Assembly: GCA_028279595.1 (NCBI GenBank)
Contig: JANQNK010000003.1
Span: 224,001 to 288,000 of the forward strand
DNA from: Thermoplasmatota archaeon
GTDB taxonomy: Archaea > Thermoplasmatota > JAKEGO01
DNA: 64,000 nt
Direction: 5' to 3'
Shown: piece by piece, positions 10,601 through 18,300 of the stretch
How positions within the stretch are numbered: position 1 is the first letter of the stretch
How the letters are laid out: each line of letters begins with the position of its first letter
The notes under the pieces: generated by a model
Told to the model about the DNA's origin: nothing
What the model saw: only the letters and a program-made list of their open reading frames with translations
The model's database searches: none
Position numbers and translations under genes: made by a program

Positions 10601-11818
10601 ACGTTTCGTCAAGAGGGAGTACTCGTATGGATCGACATCCTTCCCCGCAGCGTGCTTGGCGAAGCTGTCCTTTACCGTGTCCAGTGAGGATGGTGCGATC
10701 AGCGACAGGAAATTGAAATCGGGTGAATAGAGCTCTTCACGCTTGTAGCCCATGACCTCCTCCGACTTCTGGTTCGCATATACGATCCTGCCCATGTGGT
10801 TGATGAATATCATGTTGGGTGACTGCTCGGCGAGGGTCCTGAACTTCTCCTCGTTCTCGCGGAGGACCACCTCGAAGGTCTTCCTTTCGAGGGCATTTCC
10901 GATGGTCTCACCCGTAAGACGCATGAGCCCGATGATGTCGTCCGCCCAGCCCTTCTCCATCTTCACGGAGTCGAAGCCGATGAACCCGATGATGGTATCG
11001 GAATAGACCATTGGAACGATGATCATCGACTTGATGCCCTCGCGCTCGAACTCCTCCTTCTCGGCCTGGGCCTCCGGTCCGAGGTCGGCGACCCTGGGGA
11101 CGTGGACGACCTCGTTCTTCTCGATCATCTTCAGCGACCACTCGAAGGCCTGCCTGGGAACATCCTTGAGATGCTCGATCATCGGTTGGATGTCCTCGGC
11201 ACACCACTCGTGGGTGTTGCTCATGGTATCGCCGTCGGACGAGAACTGGAATATGTAGCACCTGTCCACACCGGCGAACTCGCCCAGGAGCTGGAGGACG
11301 TGTCCGATCTCGTTGTCCACCTCGTCTGCAGGGACGTTGATGAAATCGGATGAGATGGTGGCGATCAAACGCTCGAACTCCATCCTGTATTCGATAGCTT
11401 CCTCCGCTCTCCTCTTCTCGGAGATGTCGCGGACGAACGCCCACATGCTCTCCGGCATTCCCTTCTCGTCACTGGTAAGATAAGTGACTATCTCGATGGG
11501 AAAGACGCTCTTGTCCTTCCGTATGTACTCCTTCTCGTAGATATCTGAGAAACCGCGTTTGAGGACCTGTTCTTGAATGACCTTCGCTTCCTCCTCGTGC
11601 CATCTCTCCGGCGTGATGTCCTCGTACGAAAGTTTGGCGAGCTCCTTATCCGAGTAGCCAAGCATGTCCCGAAATGCCGGGTTCGATTCGATGATCGTGC
11701 CTTCCATGTCGACCCTGGCGTAGCCGTCCCTGATGCGGTTGAACAGTTCCTGATATCCGTTCGGGGTCTTCTCGACCGCCTTCCTACCCGAACCTGATAC
11801 CTTCTTCTTATCCGCCAT
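7601..11818 (-). CDS. Cytoplasmic histidine kinase: PAS-GAF-multiple PAS-HisKA_2-HATPase
   Basis: GAF with DRCYIF...SNTHEWCA, about 8 PAS repeats, EIHHRVKNNMQVISS (HisKA_2), NELISNSLKHAF, DNGSG, TLGLELV. Start set at ATG 11818 (GGTGA SD). Overlaps the next gene by 11 nt. Confidence 0.93.
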   Translation of the reverse strand: MADKKKVSGSGRKAVEKTPNGYQELFNRIRDGYARVDMEGTIIESNPAFRDMLGYSDKELAKLSYEDITPERWHEEEAKVIQEQVLKRGFSDIYEKEYIRKDKSVFPIEIVTYLTSDEKGMPESMWAFVRDISEKRRAEEAIEYRMEFERLIATISSDFINVPADEVDNEIGHVLQLLGEFAGVDRCYIFQFSSDGDTMSNTHEWCAEDIQPMIEHLKDVPRQAFEWSLKMIEKNEVVHVPRVADLGPEAQAEKEEFEREGIKSMIIVPMVYSDTIIGFIGFDSVKMEKGWADDIIGLMRLTGETIGNALERKTFEVVLRENEEKFRTLAEQSPNMIFINHMGRIVYANQKSEEVMGYKREELYSPDFNFLSLIAPSSLDTVKDSFAKHAAGKDVDPYEYSLLTKRGDEIRAIVTSKLIDYEGGRAILGIVTDISEQALILDALKVSEEKFRTLFESSRDPVFITTRDGNFVELNQAGIDLLGYPMSELREMNVAELYRDPKDRARFISEIESRGFVRDFEIQLDHKKGAVVDCLLTATLRTGDDGESTWYQGVIRDVTESKAAEKALRESEEGFRNIVNSTPIGMHIYALSDDGRLVFVGANRTADDILGVDNQQFIGKTIEEAFPPLDGTEIPDMYRRAAGNGIPWRTEHVEYQDDRIAGAFEVHAFQTSPGVMVAAFTDITERKQAEEALRESEAKYRAAIEQSPNGIFIMNPETRKVTEWNAAFQGFIGYDDNEMDDLMIYSFIDHPKDDIDSKIEDLLAERSKFIGERSYIRKDGTKIDVEVSGVVIPVGGQDALCVVSKDITERKRVNVAIMESEEKYRSLFEEAKDGIVLIDVETGVIVDCNSEFERQTGRDYDSLCGMRIWELRPEDKVDAARKTFFRIAKEGQGGSAELDFLQPGGALVPIEFESTKVSFGGKEYMQSMTRDITERMKADQTLRRSERFYRTTIDSMIDPLHVVDTDLRIVLHNDRFTEWTSGLGIEGPFMDRKLPDIFPFLPPTVWEEYNQVIDGREPLGTNEDNVIDGRRIITETSKIPVVEGGEVTRVITVLHDVTERKRSEIDLMESEERYRNLFDASPEAIVIIDSEGKIMDYNAATSSIAIFPKEDIRGRSFADLDFVEEDRIDDYFEMFLQLLEGEDIGPIEVKIDTGEGRTWLEIFPGLITKGGQVSGLELICRDITLRKRAEKVIRDSLAEKEVMLKEIHHRVKNNMQVISSMINLQAGYIDEDAMRSVFNESQNRVRSMALIHDKLYQSKDLSRINFYEYIESLGTHLMQSYGVDPNKIRFDVHGEPIFIGIDRGVPAGLIVNELISNSLKHAFPEGQKGRIEVTLADDGGMMALRIKDNGSGIPEEIDFRNTETLGLELVTTLVSQLEGEIDLDRKKGTSFNIVFKIEEETGDES

Positions 11819-11855
11819 GCCGTCACCGTCGGGACCTGCCGTATCGAGTTCTAAG

Positions 11856-11863
11856 TTAAATAA
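11856..11863 (-). promoter_or_regulatory. Probable TATA box (TTATTTAA) for the 7601-11818 kinase
   Basis: AT-rich octamer about 38 nt upstream of ATG 11818, in a short intergenic gap. Confidence 0.5.
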
Positions 11864-11885
11864 GGTTACTGCCGTCCAGCGGTGT

Positions 11886-14624
11886 TCACTCCGTGAACCC
11901 GATGACGAACCGGGTCCCATCGTCCCGGGAGAGCTCTATGGACCCCTCGATCTGCTCCACCAGCGTGGTCACGAGCTCCATCCCCAGTGACTTCGTGTCC
12001 CTGAAGTCGATGTCCTGGGGGATGCCTATCCCGTCGTCGCTGTAATCGATCGTTATCCTCCCGCCGGATTCCCCCTCGAAATTGACGAGGATCCTACCTC
12101 CCCGTCCATCGGGGAATGCATGCTTCAGGGAGTTCGAGATGAGTTCGTTGAGGATCAGTCCGACGGGCACCGCTCTGTCGATCCCAAGCTTGATGTCCGA
12201 ACCGTCGACCCGGATCGTGATACCGGATGCGTCCGCACCGTACGAATGGATCAGCTGACCCCCGAGTGTCTGGGTGTACTCCATCAGGTCCACGCCGGAG
12301 AGGTCCGCCGACTGGTAGAGCTTGTTGTGGATCAATCCCATCGATTTCACGCGGTTCTGGCTCTCGTCGAAGATCTTGAGCATGTCCTCATCCTCTATGT
12401 ACGTGGCCTGGAGGCTCAGCATGCTCGAGATCACCTGCATGTTGTTCTTGACCCTGTGGTGGATCTCCTTCAGTAGCACTTCCTTCTCCTTCAACGAGTC
12501 CTCGATCAGGGCCGCCGCCCTCTTCCTCTGGGTGATGTCGTGGATAATACCCTGATACCCGATGGCGAGGCCCTTCTCGTCCTTGCGGACGGACGAGGTT
12601 ATGATGCAATCGATGACGCTCCCGTCCTTCCTCCGGAACTGCGTCTCGAAGTCCTTCACGTAGCCCTTCTGCTCGATCTCCTTCTGAAAGACGAACCTTT
12701 CCTCGGGGTTTACATATATCTGGTCAGCAGGCAGGTCCTCGATGTCCTGCGGCGAATAGCCAAGCAGGGCGTAGGCCGCTGGATTGAGGTCGACGATCGT
12801 CCCGTCGCGTCGAGTGATATAGACCGCGTCCATCGACTGCTCGAAGAGGGACTTGTACCTCTGTTCGCTCTCCAGATGCTTCATCTCACCGAGCTTGCGT
12901 GCAGTGATGTTCTCCATTTCGCCGATGATGTACATGGGATCCCCCTCGGAATCCCTGGCGAGCACGACAGTGAGATTCACCCAGATGATGTTCCCATCCT
13001 TGCGGACGGCTCTCTGTTCGATGGTGAAGGCTGGGATCCGTCCCTGCATCAGCTTCGACATCAGATCGAAGCTCTCCTGCATGTGGTCCGCATGGGTGAT
13101 GTCCATCCAGGTCATCTTGAGGATCTCATCCTGCGTGTATCCGACCATATCGCAAGCGACCTGGTTGAACTTCACGAACTTGCCCTCCGGAGTGGCCAAG
13201 GCCCTTCCGATGGTGGCATGGTCGAACGCCAGCCGAAACATCTCCTCGCTCTCTTCGAGGACCCTCGCGGACCTTGCCCTCTCGCTGATGTCTCGGACGA
13301 ACACGAGAGTTGCCGGGCTTCCTTGATAATCGATGATATTAGCGTTTATCTCCACAGGGACACTTCCTCCGCTGCCCTTGACCGTGATCTCGTAGACACT
13401 CTCGACAGCCTCACCTCTCTTTCGGCGCTCATAACGCTCCATGGTCGCCTTCCGGTCCTCGGGCGAGATCAAGGATGAGAAGTCCGTCGTCGAGATATCC
13501 TCCTCGGTCAGTCCTGTGATTTCCAGGACCCTGTCGTTCCAGAAGACAACCCTGTCGTTCTGGAGTACGGCGATCCCGTCATTCCCCTTCTCGAAGATGG
13601 AGGAGTACTGCACCTCCAGCTCCCGCCTGGCGTGCTCGGCCCGGTTCCTTTCGGTCACATCCTTCGTGATGACCTGGATCGCCACGATCTCCCCGCCCTT
13701 GCGGACCAATCCGGGTAGGATCTCCAGGTCCAGTCGGACGTCCCCCTCCTCGATGACGACCTCGAACGGCTCGACCTCCTCGCCCGCGATGATCCTTTCG
13801 AAGATCCCCATTAGTCGCTCCAATTCGTCCTCGGGGACCAGGCCAAGCTCGAAGAACGTCTTTCCAATCACATTCTCACGCGGTAGGCCCAATATGTGTG
13901 ACTGGACGCCGTTGTAGTCTATGATCACTCCGTCGGTATCCATGATGGCTATACCTTCAGGAGAGGACTCGAAGAGGTTCCGGTAGCGCCACTCGCTGTC
14001 CACCATGGCCTCGACAGCCAAGCGCTTCTGTAGAAGGACAGATGCTACCCTGACGAATGTCTCGATGGTCGTCTTCTCCTTGAGTCCCGGACTGCGGAGG
14101 ATGAGGGAGATGTTGCCGAAGATCTGTCCCTCCCAGGAGAGGTCTATGGAGTGGATCTCCTTAATACCCAATATCTTCTCGACGGTCCTCGAGACCCCCT
14201 TCGACAATTTTCCCGAGGTCAGCGTGTGGAGATTGTCGGGGAGTCTAACGATCTCCCCCCGATCGAGGTCGAATCCCTCCCTCTCGAAGATCGGGAACTC
14301 CATTCCCACGGGATCCCGTTTCAAGGTGTCCATGAGGAGCTTCGAACCCTTTCCCAGGCCCACCAGTGACCGTATGGTGGATATCTCCTTCTGCTCGTCG
14401 ATCTCGCTGATGACGACGATCCCGTCACCGATCAATTCCTGGACCTTCTCGGCTACGAAAAGATATGCGTCATCGTCCGCCGACAGTTCCACCATGGCGG
14501 TCGATGTCTCGGCAAGCCAATCCAGTCCGTGGGTCCTTGACTGCGGGCCAGTCGCGGAGGACCTCCTCATCCTTCGTCCTTTCTCCGATGCCCGTCCAAC
14601 CCTGCCTTTTCCTTCGGCCGTCAT
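11886..14624 (-). CDS. Cytoplasmic histidine kinase: GAF-like + 4 PAS + HisKA_2-HATPase
   Basis: Four PAS repeats, EIHHRVKNNMQVISSML, NELISNSLKHAF, DDGIG, SLGMELV. Start is ATG 14624 or TTG 14630. Confidence 0.93.
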   Translation of the reverse strand: MTAEGKGRVGRASEKGRRMRRSSATGPQSRTHGLDWLAETSTAMVELSADDDAYLFVAEKVQELIGDGIVVISEIDEQKEISTIRSLVGLGKGSKLLMDTLKRDPVGMEFPIFEREGFDLDRGEIVRLPDNLHTLTSGKLSKGVSRTVEKILGIKEIHSIDLSWEGQIFGNISLILRSPGLKEKTTIETFVRVASVLLQKRLAVEAMVDSEWRYRNLFESSPEGIAIMDTDGVIIDYNGVQSHILGLPRENVIGKTFFELGLVPEDELERLMGIFERIIAGEEVEPFEVVIEEGDVRLDLEILPGLVRKGGEIVAIQVITKDVTERNRAEHARRELEVQYSSIFEKGNDGIAVLQNDRVVFWNDRVLEITGLTEEDISTTDFSSLISPEDRKATMERYERRKRGEAVESVYEITVKGSGGSVPVEINANIIDYQGSPATLVFVRDISERARSARVLEESEEMFRLAFDHATIGRALATPEGKFVKFNQVACDMVGYTQDEILKMTWMDITHADHMQESFDLMSKLMQGRIPAFTIEQRAVRKDGNIIWVNLTVVLARDSEGDPMYIIGEMENITARKLGEMKHLESEQRYKSLFEQSMDAVYITRRDGTIVDLNPAAYALLGYSPQDIEDLPADQIYVNPEERFVFQKEIEQKGYVKDFETQFRRKDGSVIDCIITSSVRKDEKGLAIGYQGIIHDITQRKRAAALIEDSLKEKEVLLKEIHHRVKNNMQVISSMLSLQATYIEDEDMLKIFDESQNRVKSMGLIHNKLYQSADLSGVDLMEYTQTLGGQLIHSYGADASGITIRVDGSDIKLGIDRAVPVGLILNELISNSLKHAFPDGRGGRILVNFEGESGGRITIDYSDDGIGIPQDIDFRDTKSLGMELVTTLVEQIEGSIELSRDDGTRFVIGFTE

Positions 14625-14719
14625 ATCCAACCACCCTCACCTAGACCATAGGTCCCGGTTCCGCCGACCAGCCTTTGGCTCTATGTATAACATCGTTCAC
14701 GATAATGAACCTTCGCACT

Positions 14720-15163
14720 CTAATCTTCAGGCTTCGCCAGCTGCACCGAGCAGTAGAGGTTGACCGCCTTGGCGAGCTCGAGGTACTCCTCGAACTTGAC
14801 GGGTTTGACGAGATAGAAGTTGGCTCCAAGCTCGTCAGCCTTGTCGACGTCGGCACCGGACTTTGAGGATGTCAGCATCACGACCGGCAGCTCCTTCAGG
14901 TCCTTGTGTCCCCGTATCCACTTGAGCAGTTCGTGACCGGAGATACGCGGCATGTTGACATCCAGCAGTACCATCGACGGGAACGGGTGCTTCTTCCTGT
15001 CACTGTATGGCTTCTTACCCTCGAGATATGCCTTGGCGCTCTCTCCGTCCTCGACAGCTTCCACGGGATAGGGCATCTCCGTCTTCTTGAACGCCCTCTT
15101 TATCAGAAGTATATCGTTGGGATCGTCGTCGACGAGGAGTATCGTGTTCTTCGAGGCCGTCAT
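14720..15163 (-). CDS. Rcp1-like stand-alone response regulator
   Basis: ILLVDDDPNDILLIKRAF...DGESAKAYL.G...P.MVLLDVNMPRISGHELL...LPVVMLTSS...D...LGAN.YLVKP is the Rcp1-type receiver pattern. Confidence 0.88.
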   Translation of the reverse strand: MTASKNTILLVDDDPNDILLIKRAFKKTEMPYPVEAVEDGESAKAYLEGKKPYSDRKKHPFPSMVLLDVNMPRISGHELLKWIRGHKDLKELPVVMLTSSKSGADVDKADELGANFYLVKPVKFEEYLELAKAVNLYCSVQLAKPED

Positions 15164-15308
15164 ATCGGGGTGAATATGTCAGGAGCGGATATATAGATTG
15201 TCATACATCGAACGGCGCTGGGTTCGCCCCGCCACCGTCCATTCCGGTGGTTCCCACCCACTCAAGGCCAAGAATGCTGGAGCGGGACCAGTTGAGCAGG
15301 GTCAGGGC

Positions 15309-18300
15309 CTACACCATCGGGCTCACTGTCAGGATGTAACCCTTGATCTCGTTCCCGACCCGGCGGGGGCAGACGTTCGCGTGGAACCTCTTCCTTCCCT
15401 CGGTCATCGCGGCGGTGATCTTGGTAGCGGCCCGCCCCTCCCTGAGGGCGTCCTTCATGGTCTCGATAAACTCGCGCCTCTCCGTGACGAGTCGTTCGAC
15501 CGGGCTCCCGACGATCGCCTCCTCCGGTGCTCCAAGCATCGTCGAGGCCCTCGCGCTCATGTGGAGCACGGTCCTGTCCACGTCGATCACAACGACGCCC
15601 ATCCCGGGCAGTGAATCTATTACGCTCTTGAGGAAGTTGATCCGTCCGGAGAGGTTGTCGCGCTCGGCCCTGTCGCCCGTGGCGTCCGAAAGGTCCCCGT
15701 GCACGCCGATGAGCTTGCCTGACCCGTCGTAGATGGCCTCCAGGTGCTCCGACACGTAGACGGTCCTACCGTCCTTCCGGAGGACCCTGTATTCGTCGTT
15801 GGGCTCGAACTCCTTGAACTTGATCAATTTCAATAGCTTCTTCTTCAGATGATCGGCGTCCTCCGGGTGCACGATCTTCGTAAGGAAGTAGGGTATCCCC
15901 ATCGCCTCGTCGGACTCATATCCGAGGAGCCGTTCAGTATCACCGGTGACCTCCTCCAGCTCCCCGCCCGTGCTCATCCTGAAATGGACGGTCCCCGGCT
16001 CCGCCGCGGCCGCGATCCTCTCCTTGATCGGAGAACCTATGAGGTGCATCGCCTCCGGTCCCCGGACCACGCGCCACTCGACCTGGAGATCGCCGCCCGT
16101 TTTCATGAGTATCGGGAACTCGAACGTGTCGGACGACCCGAGGGCAGTGTCCGCCTCGCCCTTCTTGACCACCGGCACAATGTCGTGCCACATCGTCCCC
16201 TCGATGTCCGACGCTGTGAACCCCGTCGTCTCGAGGAACGCTCCGTTGGCGTGGACTATTCGCCTCTCCTTGGAGACCCGCAGGTAGAGTTCGCTGAGGG
16301 ATTCCATGATCTCGCCGTTCATGGCGATCTCACGCTCCCTGTCCTCCACGGTCGTGTGCATCTCGCCGATCTTCCCCTTGAGTGTCTCTATCTCGGACCG
16401 AAGGTCGTCGCCCTTTCCTGTCGAGTCCGTGACGTCCCTCATGAACCCGAGGATCTGGTCGGAGTCCGGTCCTGCAGGCGTCAATTTCGTCCAGGTGTGG
16501 CCTGGTCCGCCCGCGGGCCGCTCGATACGGAGCGGCAGTTCCCGCGACTCGCCCTTGGCCGCCCTGCCGATGGCCTCCGAGAGGCCGGTCCGGTCCTCCT
16601 CGACCGCGAGCTGGCCGAGCCTCTTGCCCAGTATCTCGTCGACGGGCCTCCCCGTCAATATGGATGCGGCGGCGTTCGCCGATGTGATCTTCCCGGAGCC
16701 GTCGATCGTGAGGATCGGATCGAGCGCGCTCTCGATGAGTCCGTCCCTTTCGGCCATTACCCTATCGATGTCGCCCTCGAGTTCTGTGGCCTTCGATCCG
16801 AGCTCCCTCTCGAGCTCCTTCCGCTCGGTAAGGTCCGCGGTCCGGTCCCTCAGGGTGGTTACCGCCGTGTGGACACCGTCCTCCGTGCTCAGGACAGACC
16901 TCATCGAGGCCGGGATCGACCTCCCGTCGGCACCGATGACGTCCATGGAATAGTCCATCGCACCGTCCGCGAGCAGGGAACCCATTATCTCGGGTATCGC
17001 AGCCCTTCCCTCCTCCGAGATCAGTTCGACGAGCGGCATCCCCCTCAGCTTCCCTGCCTTGTGGCCGAAGAGCGACGCCGCGCCCTCGTTCACCTCGACG
17101 ATGTCCCCCGGGGACCCCTCGTCAGTGACCGTGTGGACTATGACCGCGTCCGGTATCCCGTCCAGCAGCCGTCGGTGATCGGCCTCGGCGGACCGTCGAG
17201 CCGAACGGGCCTCCTCGATATCGACCTCGGCCTGGACCGAACTCGATATGTCGCGGACGAATCCCATCACGGCGGGCCTTCCGTCGTGGAGCGTGGGGGC
17301 GAAGGACATCCTCAGAGGCACGTCCTTCCCGTCCTCGAGCAGTCCCGTGACCATGAATGAGGAACCCTTCCCGCCGGCCTCACCGGCGGAGGAGAGTGCG
17401 TCCCTGACCCTCTCCCGGTCCTCGTCCGCGATAATGTCGGCGACCTCGGAGCCGATGAGGCCATCACGGTCCCTTCCCGTGATCACTGCGAGCTTGTCGT
17501 TGGCGTTGACGAAGACCCCTTCTAATGCCATGTAGGTGCCGTCCTCCGTGGCGTCCCCGACACCGTCGAACATGGTGCTGAACGCCTCGTTCTCGCTCGA
17601 GAGTGATGCCACAGTTCCGTATGTGAACCCCCTGTCCACTGCGATGGATGCGACATCGGACAGGTCGAGCGCGGTCGCCCTCTCCCGGCGTGTGAAATGA
17701 TCGCCCTCCTTCCTGCAGAGGTAGATCGACCCGACAAGGTCCTCACCCTTCATCACGGGCATGACCATGATGAAGCCGACCCCGGCACCGTTCAGGGTCG
17801 TCTCGAATTCGGTTGTGGACCCGTCGGCCGACAGGTCCTTGACCATGAGCTGTCCGAGGTTCACGAGTTCGGTGAGCTGGGCGATCGGCATATCGACGGC
17901 CGTGCCCGGCTCGATGTCGAGCGCACCATCTGGATAGATGCCGTACACCCTTGGCGATCCGTCCTCGACAGTGAGGACGGCCGCATCGCAGTTGGTGAGC
18001 TCCACGAGATGCCCCATGGACCCGGAGATGATGGAATCGTTGTCCGCGGGGGTGATCACCGCCTTCTGCATCGACATGACCGCCCTCAGGACGCCGGTCC
18101 GGGTGTCGAGTTCCTCCGAACCCACGAGCCTGTTGAAGAATATGCCGACGTTCGTCTTCACCGCCGTCAGGAGCACGCCTTCCGGCGGTGCGCCTCCGGT
18201 CACGAGCACGCCGACCATGTCCTTCCCCGAGAAGATCGGCACGTGGGTAAGGTCCCCGTCGGCTATGTCCAGCCCCTCCTCTGGGGCCATCGTGACGGTG

